DNA of 64,000 nucleotides from Candidatus Bathyarchaeota archaeon. GTDB lineage: Archaea > Thermoproteota > Bathyarchaeia > Bathyarchaeales > Bathycorpusculaceae. The notes beneath the pieces were generated by a model. It was not told where the DNA came from and did no database searches. It worked only from the letters and a program-made list of their open reading frames with translations. The stretch's first letter is position 1; each line of letters starts with the position of its first letter. A program made the position numbers and the translations under genes. Below are positions 18,078-29,987 of this stretch, one piece after another. Location: NCBI GenBank assembly GCA_963832745.1, contig CAWHVC010000003.1, positions 608,001 to 672,000 of the forward strand, read 5' to 3'.

Positions 18078-19181
18078 TTAAAGTAACGCCAAAAGTGTCT
18101 TGCCAATGTACTCGATTTGCTCGCTTGATACGTTAGGGTGAACAGGTAAACTGAACACTTGTTTTGAAGCTTTCTCGGTTTCGGGTAATTTACATTCGCC
18201 AAAATTGTCACTGTAAAACTCCATCGTATGAACAGGATTAACGTAGTATGCTTCGGCACCGATTTCTTTTTGCTTCAACTCTTTAAGTAGTAAGTTTCGT
18301 TCCTCTTCAGTGCCATCTACCAGCTTTACCGTGTAAAGGTACCAGCTGTGACGGTTCGCTTCTGTTTCAGTTGGCAGTTTAAGACGCTTGGACTTTTGAA
18401 GAATGCTTGTAAGTTGCTGAGCATTTTGGCGACGTTTAGCAACAAACGAAGGCAGCTTTTCCAGTTGCACTATGCCTATGGCAGCTTCAAGTTCTGGCAT
18501 GCGGTAATTGTTTCCCATCAGAACAGACGTGTATTTTGCTTTTTCCCCATGATTCCGAATCAACCGTAATGTCTCGTCAATCTTATCATCGTTAGTTGTT
18601 ACCATGCCGCCTTCACCAGTAGTCATGTTTTTGCTTGCATACAAACTCCAACAGGCAGCATCTGAAAAAGACCCAGCCGGTTTACCCTGATAAGTTGCGC
18701 CGTGAGCCTGAGCTGCGTCTTCAATTAATGCCAACCCGTGTTTTTCAGCAATTTCTCTTAACGGTTTCATGTCTGCTGAGTAACCATACAAGTCAACAGG
18801 CAAAATGGCTTTTGTTTTGCTGGTTACTGCTTTCTCAACATCTTTTGGCGAGAGCGTGTAGGTTTCAGGGTCAATGTCAGCGAAAACAGGTTTTGCTCCC
18901 GCGAAAACAACAGATTCAGCTGTGGCAACAAAAGTGAAGCTTGGAACAATAACTTCGTCACCCTGCCTGACTCCGACTGCCAATAATGCAGCGTTTAAAG
19001 CGGCTGTTCCATTGTTAACTGCAACCGCGTGTTTAACACCTGCAAATTTAGCGTAGTTTCTTTCGAACTCTAACACTTTGGGGCCTTGACCTAAAGCGTT
19101 GGTTAAGGGTCCTTTGCGCATAACTTCTAAGGCTGCTTGGGCTTCTTCTTCCCCAGTTTTAGGCATGTTAATCGGAATCAC
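18078..19181 (-). CDS. DegT/DnrJ/EryC1/StrS PLP-dependent aminotransferase
   Basis: NGTAAL, IEDAAQAHGA, SLYASKNMTTGEGG, SLPVHP motifs. Confidence 0.95.
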   Translation of the reverse strand: MIPINMPKTGEEEAQAALEVMRKGPLTNALGQGPKVLEFERNYAKFAGVKHAVAVNNGTAALNAALLAVGVRQGDEVIVPSFTFVATAESVVFAGAKPVFADIDPETYTLSPKDVEKAVTSKTKAILPVDLYGYSADMKPLREIAEKHGLALIEDAAQAHGATYQGKPAGSFSDAACWSLYASKNMTTGEGGMVTTNDDKIDETLRLIRNHGEKAKYTSVLMGNNYRMPELEAAIGIVQLEKLPSFVAKRRQNAQQLTSILQKSKRLKLPTETEANRHSWYLYTVKLVDGTEEERNLLLKELKQKEIGAEAYYVNPVHTMEFYSDNFGECKLPETEKASKQVFSLPVHPNVSSEQIEYIGKTLLALL

Positions 19182-19252
19182 TTTTAAGTCACCAATTTTG
19201 GGAAAAGGAGAAGGCAGGATTCCTATTTTAGGATTTCACAAGACCGCCGGTT

Positions 19253-20392
19253 TTACTCGACATTAAGTTCTTCCCAACGACTGTAATCAACAAGCACCAT
19301 GAATTTTTGAGCTCTGAACTCTGCATCTAAAGCTGGGTCGCCGGTGTCAACCTTTAAGCTTTTGAGGCTTCGAACCTTACCTTCTGTTGCAACAATAACA
19401 ATGTTGTCCAAGCCTACTTGCCGAATAACTCTTGAGCTGATCTGTTGGTTGCCTCTGCCAAAAATGAAGCCTTGGCCGCCAATTAAAGTTACAATAATTT
19501 TGGCTGATTTGCCGTTTAACGTTTGAAGTATCTGCTGTTCATTAACGTCCCTTTCAACAATTTGCTTGTTGATAAACAAGTCTACGCCAAGCAGAGTCTT
19601 CTTTTGATCCAACAGGTCACTAATGGTGCGTGTAGTTGTTCCTGGACCTATAATATAGAGTGTTTCTGGCTGCATGTTTTCAATAACGTAGATAGCTATG
19701 GCTGCCTGATTGCGCACTTCATCCTCCGTTGTTGGACTTGCCAGCTTGCTTACCTGAATCAAATGCGGCTCATACGGGCTAAACACGTAACCGTAAAGCT
19801 CCGCTGACAAACGCCCCTCACGGAAAGCCTGCTCATCAACATCCATAACCTCCGCTTCCCTCAACGGCAATTCACCATTCAAAAACCTAAACACAACACG
19901 CGCAGCTGCCCTTGGGTTAACCGCAAAAACTGCACTATGCATCTTAACACCAGTAGGCACCCCTAAAACTGGCAACTTTGTTTCAACCGCTCTTAGAATG
20001 TCACGAGTTGTGCCGTCACCACCACAGAAAACCAGCAAATCAGCTTTAGCGTCAACCATGCATTGAGCTATGGCTTTTGTGTCCTCTGAACTTGTCTGCT
20101 GATGCTTCTCGCCAACTACCGTATAGCTGTAGCCCTGCTTCTTTGCTTCCTCTTCGCCCATGTCTCCAGCACCAACGAGCAGGCGGATGCAGCCTTTGAG
20201 TGGTGCAAGCTCTGCAAGGAAGGCTTTGGCTCTTACTGCCGCGATGGGTTTGGCTCCGAGCGCGATGGCTCTGTCAAGGATGGCTTTTCCGTCTGTGCCT
20301 TTCAAACCTACGGCTCCACCCATACCTGCGACTGGGTTTACGATGAAGCCTATAGTTTTGGTTGGGATTTTTGCTGTCAATGGTGTTATCAA
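19253..20392 (-). CDS. ATP-NAD kinase family protein (AcoX-like)
   Basis: NPVAGMGG.VGLKGTDG, GGDGTTRD, GVKMHS, GRGNQQ motifs. Confidence 0.88.
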   Translation of the reverse strand: MITPLTAKIPTKTIGFIVNPVAGMGGAVGLKGTDGKAILDRAIALGAKPIAAVRAKAFLAELAPLKGCIRLLVGAGDMGEEEAKKQGYSYTVVGEKHQQTSSEDTKAIAQCMVDAKADLLVFCGGDGTTRDILRAVETKLPVLGVPTGVKMHSAVFAVNPRAAARVVFRFLNGELPLREAEVMDVDEQAFREGRLSAELYGYVFSPYEPHLIQVSKLASPTTEDEVRNQAAIAIYVIENMQPETLYIIGPGTTTRTISDLLDQKKTLLGVDLFINKQIVERDVNEQQILQTLNGKSAKIIVTLIGGQGFIFGRGNQQISSRVIRQVGLDNIVIVATEGKVRSLKSLKVDTGDPALDAEFRAQKFMVLVDYSRWEELNVE

Positions 20393-20578
20393 CCTGTGTA
20401 GTAAATAGGTCAGGTTTAATAAGAAATAGAATTCGGTTGTTCTAGTTAATTGAGGGCATTTGTCGTTTAACGATTGAATTCAAGAAATTGGGGAATTAAA
20501 CTGGGGGGGGGTCATCGAACGGCTTAAACACCAGAACGCTGGTTTCGTTACTTATGCAGATGTAACTGTTTGAATCAG

Positions 20579-21220
20579 TCAAGATTGCATTGGCTGGGCT
20601 GGCTGAGTTGGCGGGGTGTAATTGTATGGTTGGGTTTGGTTGTATTGTGAGAATTGTTGGTTTTTCATGCTGAAGAAGCCTATTGTAGCAAATAGCCACG
20701 AGATGAATATCAATATCAAGCCTACACCGATGATTGTCAGTATTGAGCCAATCCAGAGTAGAGTGCCTGCGGTGGCTAATGTTTGGTCACCCGTTTTTTC
20801 TGCGAGTGTGTTTAAGGTTGTTTTTAGGTTGGTTGCTGCGAGTACGTAGAATATGAACGCTACAATTAAGCTTGCCATGCCTGCTATTATGCCAGCACTA
20901 AACCCTGCTGTTGCTGCTAAGAAGCCTTCAAAGGTGAAAGCTGTTGCAGATGCTATACCTATTAAGACTGCAGCGCCCGAGAATGCTACAGCGATTATGG
21001 CGACGATGTAGTATTTTATGCCCTTCCAAGTGTTCTGGTAGACGCTTTCATCTCCATAGTAGCGTGAGAATTCTTTCATGCTTTTTACGAGCAGAACTAT
21101 GCCTACTATACCTAATACCCAGCCGACGAAGGGAATAATGCTGAGTAAAATCAGGATTGAACCCACACCAGCCATTGCTTTACTATTTTCAAAGTTTTGA
21201 GTCAAATTTTCTGCCTCCAA
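20579..21220 (-). CDS. DUF996-like membrane protein
   Basis: Four TM segments, G.IL.IIGVGLIL..I.W, Gln/Pro-rich tail. Confidence 0.75.
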   Translation of the reverse strand: MEAENLTQNFENSKAMAGVGSILILLSIIPFVGWVLGIVGIVLLVKSMKEFSRYYGDESVYQNTWKGIKYYIVAIIAVAFSGAAVLIGIASATAFTFEGFLAATAGFSAGIIAGMASLIVAFIFYVLAATNLKTTLNTLAEKTGDQTLATAGTLLWIGSILTIIGVGLILIFISWLFATIGFFSMKNQQFSQYNQTQPYNYTPPTQPAQPMQS

Positions 21221-21448
21221 TTTTTGATGTTCTTATGTTCAATTCATGATTTAGCCCTAACATTTGGAAGAAAAACATCAAAAAACTTCTATGCGTTAGA
21301 GTTGGCAGCTCTAAAGGTTAGAGTTACAAAAAAAGGGCACGTCTGAAAGACTGAAAAAATTCAAGAAAAATGATTTTTTAGCCACGCCAAAACTTAGCAC
21401 AATAAAGAAAGAAAAAAATAAAAAGTTTAAAAGGAAAACTGGGGGCGG

Positions 21449-22867
21449 TTATTGTCCGCCGCTTATATACTTCTTTCTTACATCGTTGAGCCATGGGTAA
21501 AGCTTCTGAAGCTTCTCCATTGACTCAGCAACCTTCTCTGTAGGATACTCGCATGGCTGCAAGTTTCCGGCGAAATATTCACCGTAAGCCGCCATATCAA
21601 AGAAGCCATGACCAGTCAAAACAAACAGCAATGTTTTTGCCTCACCTGTTTCCTTGCATTTACGGGCTTCGTCAACAACTGCTTTGACAGCGTGTGCTGC
21701 TTCGGGTGATGGGATAATGCCTTCACTGCGGATAAAAATCTTGGCAGCATCAAAAGCGGCAACTTGGTTAACTGCTAAGGTGCTGATTTGTTTTTCTTGG
21801 GCTAAGACGCTGATGGTTGGTGCGATGCCGTGATATCTTAATCCGCCTGCGTGAATAGGTGCTGGCATGAAGTCATGACCTAAAGTGTGCATTGGGACTA
21901 ATGGTGTTAATTTTGCTGTGTCTCCATGGTCATAGGTGTATTCTCCTTTAGTGACTTTGGGGCAAGCTGTAGGTTCAACTGCTACTAACTGGGTTACTTT
22001 GGGTGCTTTCTTTGTGACACGGTCATGATAGAATGGCCAAATTAAACCCGAGAAGCTGCTGCCTCCGCCGATACAGCCGTAAATTGCGTCTGGGTAATCA
22101 TCAACCATTTCAAGCTGTTTCTGTGCTTCTAAGCCTTCAACTGTCTGATGTAAACACACGTGGTTAAAGACGCTGCCTATGGTGTAGTTGGCTTTATGAC
22201 CTGTTTTACCACTTTCCAGTGAGTCTTCAACTGCTTCGCTGATTGCGATGCCAAGTGCACCTCGGTTTTCTGGGTCTTCAGCAAGAACTTTTCTTCCAGC
22301 TGCGGTATGATTGCTTGGGCTTGCATAGACTTCAGCTCCATAAGCGTTCATCATCATTTTGCGGTAGGGTTTCTGTTCGAAGCTTGCTTTTACCATGTAT
22401 ACGGTTGCTTTGATTCCGAACATGGAAGCCGCAAATGAGAGTGCAGAACCCCATTGACCTGCGCCTGTTTCAGTGGTTACACGTTCTATGCCTTCTTTCA
22501 TGTTGTAGAAGGCTTGGGGTACGGCGCTGTTGGTTTTGTGGCTGCCAGCTGGGCTTACGCCTTCGTATTTGTAGTAAATTTTTGCGGGTGTTTTGAGTGC
22601 TTTTTCTAGGCCTACTGCTCGGAAGAGTGGTGATGGTCTCCAGATGCGGTAGATTTCTCGGACTTCGTCTGGGATGTTTATCCAGCGTTCTTGGCTTATT
22701 TCTTGACCGATGATTTCTTTGGGGAAAATTTGTGGAACTATGCCGACACCTGGTTCTTTTGTTGCAGGGTCGATGAATGGTGGAAGTGGGTGTGGTAGGT
22801 CTGGTACTATGTTGTACCATTGTTTTGGGATGTCTTCTTCTTTTAGTAAGATTTTTCGGGTTATCAT
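21449..22867 (-). CDS. trpB2: Tryptophan synthase beta chain, TrpB2 type
   Basis: [31 protein letters not shown] motifs. Confidence 0.95.
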   Translation of the reverse strand: MITRKILLKEEDIPKQWYNIVPDLPHPLPPFIDPATKEPGVGIVPQIFPKEIIGQEISQERWINIPDEVREIYRIWRPSPLFRAVGLEKALKTPAKIYYKYEGVSPAGSHKTNSAVPQAFYNMKEGIERVTTETGAGQWGSALSFAASMFGIKATVYMVKASFEQKPYRKMMMNAYGAEVYASPSNHTAAGRKVLAEDPENRGALGIAISEAVEDSLESGKTGHKANYTIGSVFNHVCLHQTVEGLEAQKQLEMVDDYPDAIYGCIGGGSSFSGLIWPFYHDRVTKKAPKVTQLVAVEPTACPKVTKGEYTYDHGDTAKLTPLVPMHTLGHDFMPAPIHAGGLRYHGIAPTISVLAQEKQISTLAVNQVAAFDAAKIFIRSEGIIPSPEAAHAVKAVVDEARKCKETGEAKTLLFVLTGHGFFDMAAYGEYFAGNLQPCEYPTEKVAESMEKLQKLYPWLNDVRKKYISGGQ

Positions 22868-22920
22868 GTTTCTTCTTTCCCGGATTGTTGTGAAATGAGT
22901 CTCGAAGCTTTATTTAAGCT

Positions 22921-22950
22921 TTTCAGTACATGAAGGTACTGAAATGTACA
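22921..22950. promoter_or_regulatory. TRP-box operator array
   Basis: AGTACA (22925), GGTACT (22935), TGTACA (22945) at 10-bp period, plus a 9-bp perfect IR TTTCAGTAC/GTACTGAAA, between divergent trpB2 and trpY. Confidence 0.7.
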
Positions 22951-23036
22951 TTAACGTTTCGCTGAACAATGGAATCTCAAAACGTAAATTAACACTTTTA
23001 TACTTAAACGCACAAAAACATACACGCGAAACAAAC

Positions 23037-23541
23037 ATGTGGAACATGATAAAAGGCCATTTCGAAGACTACCCTGAAAGACTCAAAGTAGCACGAGTCC
23101 TAGTCGAAAACGGCTTAAGCGCCAAAGACGGCAAAATATATCTTAACCAAATCGAAATCCCGCCAGTACGCATAGCCCGAGTCGCCGGCGTAGACAGACG
23201 CACAGTAAACGAAACCCTAAGCGCCATAAACGAAGACCCTGAAATCAAGCTGCTCTTCCAAGAAATCCGCCCTGCAGGTCACTCTCTAAAAGAAATCGCC
23301 AAACACCTAAACTTAGGCGTAGTCGAACTTACCGTAGCCGACGCAAAAGCCCCCGGAATTTTATCGAGCGCAGCCACTTTATTAAACAACGCAAACCTAA
23401 GCATACGCCAAGCCATCGTAGATGACCCCGAATTATCCCCTGAACCCAAACTTACACTTCATTGTTGAATGCAAAATTCCTGGAGAATTAATTCCCGAAA
23501 TACTAAAGATTCAAGGGGTAGCAAAAGTTTCAGTATACTAG
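23037..23541 (+). CDS. trpY: TrpY tryptophan-sensing regulator (HTH + ACT); +1 frameshift near 23460
   Basis: MW..IK..FE.YP.R..VAR, GVDRRTV, SIRQA...DPEL. The C-terminus IVECKIPG...GVAKVSVY continues in the shifted frame. Confidence 0.82.
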
Positions 23542-23816
23542 ATGATTTCAAAAAAAGTTTCGCTTAGATTTAGAAATCAGGGTTCTCTATGGCTGTTGTG
23601 CTGTTCTAGTCTTAGCATGATTCCAACAACATCTAAAACAGAAAACCATAAACCCCATATTTGTGACCCGCAGATTATGCATAGGCGAAACCTAAATTAA
23701 TAATCAAAACCATTGAAATTTGTATAGCGTAGCTTTTCTACTTCTTAGGGTTGCTAGAAAAACTTATATTGTTAAGGGTGTTTTGTTGTTGTTCGCATTA
23801 AGGAGGTTTACCTGAT

Positions 23817-25497
23817 TTGTCATCATCACCTACACAAGCTGGCGGCGTACCAGTTCTTGTATTAAAAGAAGGAGCAAACCGTTCTCGCGGAAGAGAAGCA
23901 CAACATAATAATATTACCGCAGCCAAAGTTGTCGCGGAAAGCGTAAGAAGTTCGCTTGGCCCAAAAGGCATGGATAAAATGCTTGTTGACAATTTTGGAG
24001 ATGTAACCGTTACAAGCGATGGCCGCACAATACTTGATGAAATGGATGTTCAGCATCCAGCTGCAAAAATGCTTGTTGAAGTCGCCAAAACCCAAGATAA
24101 CGAAACTGGAGATGGAACAACTTCTGCAGTTGTTATCGCCGGCGACCTTTTAGGACGCGCTGAAGAGCTTATTGACAAAAACATTCACCCAACAGTAATT
24201 ATTGATGGGTTCAAAAAAGCTTCAGAGAAAGCTCTTGAAACATTAAATAAAATTTCTATGCCATTTGACCTCTCAAAATCTAAAGATTACCTAAGGAAAA
24301 CTGCTGTAACTTCAATGGCAAGTAAACTTGTCGCTGAATACAAAGAATACCTCGGCGACATAGTTGTCAAGGCAATGCTTGAAGTTTCAGAAAAACAGCC
24401 AGATGGTACCTTCAAAGTTGACATTGATGACGTCAAAGTGGAAAAGAAAACCGGCGAATCACTTGGCGACACAAAACTTATCAATGGCATAGTAATCGAC
24501 AAAGAAATCGTTCACTCCGGCATGCCCAAACGCGTTGAAAACGCAAAAATCGCCCTTATCGACGCTTCCTTAGAAAATGACAAGCCGGAAATAGATTCAA
24601 AAATTAACATTGAAAACCCATCCCAAATTGAAGCCTTCCTACAACAAGAGGAAGACATGCTGCGTGAGATGGTTGATAAAATCGTTGTCACTGGCGCAAA
24701 TGTTGTCATTTGCCAAAAAGGCATTGACGACATGGCACAGCATTTTCTTGCTAAAAAGGGTGTAATTGGTATTCGACGCGCTAAAAAGTCTGACATGGAG
24801 AAGCTTGCACGCGCTATTGGCGGAAAAATCGTTTCTGACATTGATGATATCTCTTCTGAAGATTTAGGTTGTGCAGCTTTGGTTGAGGAACGCAGAATCG
24901 GCGATGACAAAATGACTTTTGTTGAAGGCTGCAAGAACCCTAAAGCAGTCACGATTCTAATTCGCGGTGGCACTGAACGTTTAAACAATGAAGCAGAACG
25001 TTCAATCCACGATGCCTTATGCGTTATACGTGACCTAATCCAAGACCCACAAGTAGTAGCTGGTGGAAGCGCACCTGAAATGGAAATGGCAAACACTCTC
25101 AAAAAGTATGCCCAAACCCTTCCGGGCAGAGAGCAACTTGCCATACTGGTTTTCGCTGAAGCCTTAGAGTCAATTGCAGTAACATTATCAGAAAATGCTG
25201 GTTTAGACCCGATTGATATACTGTCCGAATTGCGGTCTAGACACGAAAAAGGAGAGACATGGGCAGGCATCGAAGTAAACAGCGGTAAAGTCCAAGACAT
25301 GACCCAAGCAGGAGTCTATGAACCCGTCGCAGTCAAACGTCAAATCATCAAATCAGCATACGAAGCAGCCTCCCTTATACTAAAAATCGATGATGTTATC
25401 GCCTCAGGCAAAAACAAAATGCCTCCTGGGCCACCTGGAGGAATGCCAGGCGGAATGGGTGGACATGGGCGGATATCCAGGTGCTGGAGAGTATTAA
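23817..25497 (+). CDS. ths: Thermosome subunit (group II chaperonin); apparent +1 frameshift in the GGM tail near 25463
   Basis: [21 protein letters not shown] motifs. The GGM tail resumes as [10 protein letters not shown] in the shifted frame. Confidence 0.95.
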
Positions 25498-25744
25498 ACT
25501 GTCTAACAACAAAATTACTGTAGGACCACCAAAAGTAACCCGTTTTGAGAAGGCAAGAATTGTTGGCGCTAGAGCTCTGCAAATTAGCATGGGTGCGCCA
25601 ATCCTTGTTGATGCTGACGAAACGGTGTCTAACCCGATTGATATTGCATTAAAAGAGATGGATGCGGCAGTTTTGCCAATAACCATCAGACGTACATTGC
25701 CTGACGGAACCTTCCAAGACATACCCCTCAAATGGCTAGTATAA
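25481..25744 (+). CDS. rpoK: RNA polymerase subunit Rpo6 (K)
   Basis: [21 protein letters not shown]...LPITIRR. Start is GTG 25481 or CTG 25499. Confidence 0.95.
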   Translation: MLESIKLSNNKITVGPPKVTRFEKARIVGARALQISMGAPILVDADETVSNPIDIALKEMDAAVLPITIRRTLPDGTFQDIPLKWLV

Positions 25745-26230
25745 ACCACATTTTTCTTTTTTCTTTAAGATTTCTTTAGCGCCTTTTAAAGTAGCATTTA
25801 TTTGAGTCCAGTGTGCTCCCTGCCAGTACACGTGACCGCAGTTTGGGCATTTCCAGAACTTGTCATAATACAAAAAAGTGTTCGCCTCCACGTCACCCTT
25901 GATTTGCTCTTTAGGAGTTGCTTGCAGTTTAGCGTTGCAACGTGGACAATGTGAACTGTCCATGTCGATTTCAAGCGGCAAACCGAACCTTTTCGCCAAT
26001 TCCGCAAGCCTCTCAGCCTCAGATTTACCCTGCAAATAAAACGCTTCAAGCCCCCTGCCCAAAGCACGTTGATACAATTCAAAATCTTTAGTTAACAAAA
26101 CTCTGCCCTCAGCTTTTGCCTGAGCCAGCAGTTGGTCGTCGGTGAGTGTTGTGGAATATTCTACGTTTTGTCCCAGCATTCTTAGCCAACGCGACAGTTT
26201 CCCAAGCATCGCATCAGCCAGAAACTTCAA
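25736..26230 (-). CDS. Mut7-C RNase (PIN-like + Zn ribbon) protein
   Basis: [26 protein letters not shown]...CPNC..VYW.G.HW. TTG start after GGAGG. Confidence 0.9.
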   Translation of the reverse strand: MKFLADAMLGKLSRWLRMLGQNVEYSTTLTDDQLLAQAKAEGRVLLTKDFELYQRALGRGLEAFYLQGKSEAERLAELAKRFGLPLEIDMDSSHCPRCNAKLQATPKEQIKGDVEANTFLYYDKFWKCPNCGHVYWQGAHWTQINATLKGAKEILKKKEKCGLY

Positions 26231-27573
26231 GGTTTCCTCCCCGGATGATTTTTCCGTTGCCAGGTTTTTCAATGATTTCACCTTCATCCATGACCAAGAC
26301 GCCGTTAACGAAGGTTTTTACAGGTTTACCGACTACTTCCCAGCCGTTATAGGGTGAAAACTTGGCTTTAGACTTAAATTTGGAAGCGTTAATGGTCCAG
26401 CGTTGGTTATAATCTACAATTGTTAGGTCTGCGTCTTTGCCTTGCTCAAGCTTGCCTTTGCTTGTTAAGCCGAAGATTTCTGATGGCTTTTCTGCAAGCA
26501 ACTCAACCATTCGTTGCATTGTCAACTGGTTTCTCCTTACCAATGTTAGCATTAAGGGCAGCGTGGTTTCCAATCCGGGCACGCCCACTTTGACTTCCCA
26601 AACGCTGCCTAGCCGATTTTTCTTCAAGTGTATGTGGTGCATGGTCAGACCCAACTGCGTCTATGTCGCCTTGGGTTACACCTTTTCTGAGGGCTTCCTG
26701 ATGGACTACTTCGCGGAGAGGCGGTGCCATAATTGCCATCATACCATAACGTGAAACATCCGTTGATGATAACATCAAATGGTTAGGAGTAACTTCGCAG
26801 GTGACTGTTTTGCCGTCTTTTTTTGCTTCTTTGATTGCCTCTAAACCCTGCTGGCTTGTAACGTGACAAAAATGCATGTGAACCTTTGAGCCTTCACTTG
26901 CTCTAAGTAACCGTTTCATAGCATCAACTTCTGCCTGCTCGGTGTGTGCTAAAAGAAAGTTGCGGGCATCATTATGTTTGGCTTGCTTTAGCCTTTGTTC
27001 AATAGATAAAATCTGGTTTTTATCCTCAGCGTGAATCGCAACTACTGTGCCTGTTTCCCCAGCAGTTTTTAGTCCATCTTTTAGGGCTTGGTCATCGTCA
27101 ATGTTTAAACTTCCAATTTGGTTGCCCATAAACAGTTTAAACCCAACTGCACCTTGAGCCTTGATTTGTTGTAGCTCAACCAATTTTTTAGGAAACTCTG
27201 AATATAACCCCAAGTTAACAAGGGTTCGTCTTTCCGCGATTTCCATGCGGTTTTTTAGGTTTTCTACGCTGTTAGTTACTGGCTGATTGTTCGGCATATC
27301 CAAAACGGTGGTAAAGCCGCCCGCTGCCGCTGCAGAGGTGCCAGTGATAAAATCCTCTTTGTAAGCTCTTTCTTCATCTCGCAAGTGAACGTGCTCGTCG
27401 ATTAAACCGGGCAGAACCAGCATGCCGTGAAGATCAATTTTTTGGTCGGCGCTAGGCATTTGAGGTTGCCTGCCGATTTTGAAGAATTTGCCTTCTTCAA
27501 TGGCAATGCTGCATTCGAGTATTTCGCCTTTAAGGTAAGCTTTCGTGTTTATAAGGACAGAATCAACAATCAA
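26214..27573 (-). CDS. pyrC: Dihydroorotase; +1 frameshift at about 26610
   Basis: DEHVHLR, DMPN, CEVTPNHL, SDHAPH in one ORF; GVPGLET and SKAKFSPYNG in the overlapping ORF. Confidence 0.88.
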
Positions 27574-27670
27574 TCTAATCCACAGTCCAAGAAATAGCGG
27601 GTGGTTTGGTTAATTAAAGTTTATTTATGGTTCGTTAATGTTATTTCTGTAGGTTTTAACGTTTTTTGAA

Positions 27671-29647
27671 GTGGTATGTTTGCCTAGAAGCATTTTGCTT
27701 AGCAATGGCCAATTTGCAGTAGCCCTTGACGATAACGCTTGCATAAGAGACGTTTATTTTCCCTACGTTGGCCTTGAGAACCACGCGGTCGGTCACGCTT
27801 TCCGTTTTGGAGTATGGGCAAACGGCAATTTCGAATGGGTCAACCCAACATGGGATACTTTGATGACTTACATGCCTGAAACCTTAACCAGCCGCTACAA
27901 AATCAAAAACCAGACTCAGAGCATAGAAATGGAAGTAAACGACGCCATATATCATTCAGAAAACGTTTTTCTACGCAAAATACACCTCACCAACCAACTT
28001 GACGAGCCCCAAGAAATCCGTCTTTTCTTTACACATGACTTTCACATTTATGGTTACGAAGCAGGAGACACAGCACTTTTTGAACCACAACTAAACGCGG
28101 TTATACATTACAAAGGTAAACGGTACTTTTTGGTTGGCGGCTTAGGGGCTGGTGAAGGTTTTTATCAGTATGCAGTCGGCTACAAGGAAGTCAGCGGTAA
28201 AGAGGGTACATGGCGTGACTGTGAAGACGGTCAATTAAGCAGTAACCCTGTGGCTCAAGGTTCAGTTGATTCTGCCGTCAGCTTCCAACTAATGATTCCA
28301 CCCCACAATTACGGTTTAGTACATTACTGGATTGCCTGCGGAACAAGTTTGAATGAAGTTTCAGCCTTAAACGCAGTCGTAAAAGATGTTGGAGTTGAGC
28401 AGATGCTGCTGAAAGTAGAAAATTACTGGAGCGCATGGCTTAACCGTCTAAAACTTGATCTTAATATTTTGCCAAAAGACGTTGCTCGCCTCTACAAACG
28501 TTCCCTGCTTTTTATGCGTGCACATCTTGACGGTCACGGCGGATTTTTGGCGTCGCTGGATTCAGACATAATTGGTATTCACAGAGACACTTACTCATAT
28601 GTTTGGCCTAGAGACGGCGCCATGGCAGCCTTAGCCTTCACCACGGCAGGCTTCACAGACGTCACCGAAAAATTTTTCGAGTTTTGCCACAAAGTTATTG
28701 ACGACGAAGGTTTTTTTAAACACAAATATTTGCCCGACGGTTCGTTGGGAAGCACTTGGCATGCGCTTATTGACTCTGAAGGTCATTTGCAGTTGCCCAT
28801 TCAAGAGGATGAAACAGCAAGCGTACTCTATGCCCTATGGAAATGTTACGAGCGGACGGGTAATATAGAATTTGTAACTAAAGTTTACGATAAACTGGTG
28901 GTTAAAGCATCAGATTTTATGATGAAATATCGTGACCCAGATACGTATTTGCCTAAGCCCACGTTTGACGAATGGGAAGAGAAAATTGGTGTATTCACGT
29001 CGACTACAGCAGCTGTTTGCGCTGCATTAGATGCGGCAGCTAGGTTTGCTAAAGTATTCTATGACAGTAACCGTCAGGAAGCACTTGCTGAAGCCTGCGT
29101 TCAAACCAGAAACGCCTTAATCAAGTACCTCTATGACTCTAAACTTAAACGGTTTGTTAAAGGCATTTTGCCTAACGGTGAAACAGACTTTACACTTGAC
29201 AGCAGCATCACAACAGTCTTTGCATATAATATTTTAGACGCAAAAGATGTTTTGGTCAAAAACTCTATGGATGCTTTGACTAGTAACTTGTGGGTTAACT
29301 CGAAGGTTGGTGGATTTGCCCGTTACCAAAACGACCCTTACAGGCGAGTGGCGCTGGGTACTGCTGGAAACCCATGGTTTATTTCCACTCTTAGACTGGC
29401 AAGATGGCACATAGCCGCCGCCTTAACACCTGAGAATCTTGCGGGCGCCTTAACATTTTTACAATGGTCAACAAAAAATGCTTTACCCTCAGGCGCTTTA
29501 GCAGAACAACTTGACCCATACACGGGAAACCCAGTTTCTGCAACTCCTCTTTTATGGAGTCATGCTGAGTTTGTGCTTGCCGTAACCGAATACATAAACA
29601 AATATCAAGAATTCGCTGCCAGGTCAGAACTTGGAATGGAGGTATAA
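27671..29647 (+). CDS. Glycoside hydrolase family 15 (glucoamylase-like)
   Basis: YSYVWPRDG, QEDET, DEWEE, LAEQ, PLLWSHAE motifs. Confidence 0.92.
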   Translation: MVCLPRSILLSNGQFAVALDDNACIRDVYFPYVGLENHAVGHAFRFGVWANGNFEWVNPTWDTLMTYMPETLTSRYKIKNQTQSIEMEVNDAIYHSENVFLRKIHLTNQLDEPQEIRLFFTHDFHIYGYEAGDTALFEPQLNAVIHYKGKRYFLVGGLGAGEGFYQYAVGYKEVSGKEGTWRDCEDGQLSSNPVAQGSVDSAVSFQLMIPPHNYGLVHYWIACGTSLNEVSALNAVVKDVGVEQMLLKVENYWSAWLNRLKLDLNILPKDVARLYKRSLLFMRAHLDGHGGFLASLDSDIIGIHRDTYSYVWPRDGAMAALAFTTAGFTDVTEKFFEFCHKVIDDEGFFKHKYLPDGSLGSTWHALIDSEGHLQLPIQEDETASVLYALWKCYERTGNIEFVTKVYDKLVVKASDFMMKYRDPDTYLPKPTFDEWEEKIGVFTSTTAAVCAALDAAARFAKVFYDSNRQEALAEACVQTRNALIKYLYDSKLKRFVKGILPNGETDFTLDSSITTVFAYNILDAKDVLVKNSMDALTSNLWVNSKVGGFARYQNDPYRRVALGTAGNPWFISTLRLARWHIAAALTPENLAGALTFLQWSTKNALPSGALAEQLDPYTGNPVSATPLLWSHAEFVLAVTEYINKYQEFAARSELGMEV

Positions 29648-29957
29648 TAAAGGGTTGTTTGCTAAATTATGTGATAAACGTTTTTTGCCTGTTGGGGAAT
29701 TGCGGTCATTCAAAGTCCGTGGTTACGAAATTTTAGCGGTTAATCTTGGTGATAAAGTGTCCTGTTTGGATGGACGTTGTTCTCATGCTGGGGCGCCTTT
29801 GGCTGAGGGGACACTTGACGGAGGGATTCTAACTTGTCCATGGCATTATTCGCAATTCAACATAACAAACGGACAAGTGATTAGAGGTCCAGCCTACAAA
29901 CCGCTTAAAGTTTACAGGGTTCAAGAAAAAGAAAACAGCGTATATGTTGACTTATAA
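29631..29957 (+). CDS. Rieske [2Fe-2S] ferredoxin
   Basis: CSH...CPWH motifs. Confidence 0.9.
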   Translation: MEWRYNKGLFAKLCDKRFLPVGELRSFKVRGYEILAVNLGDKVSCLDGRCSHAGAPLAEGTLDGGILTCPWHYSQFNITNGQVIRGPAYKPLKVYRVQEKENSVYVDL

Positions 29958-29987
29958 TTTAAGCATAAAAAAGAAGAGCTTACTACC

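Noticed and set aside
20503-20511. G9 homopolymer
   Set aside because: Intergenic and not clearly within a promoter or a real CDS; no support for phase variation.
21221-21284. 11-bp inverted repeat TTTTTGATGTT/AACATCAAAAA upstream of the DUF996-like gene
   Set aside because: AT-rich, single occurrence and long spacer; not enough for a regulatory call.
24512-25300. 262-aa antisense ORF and similar shadow ORFs (e.g. 38010-38459, 6891-7178)
   Set aside because: Antisense to well-conserved genes; explained by codon bias.
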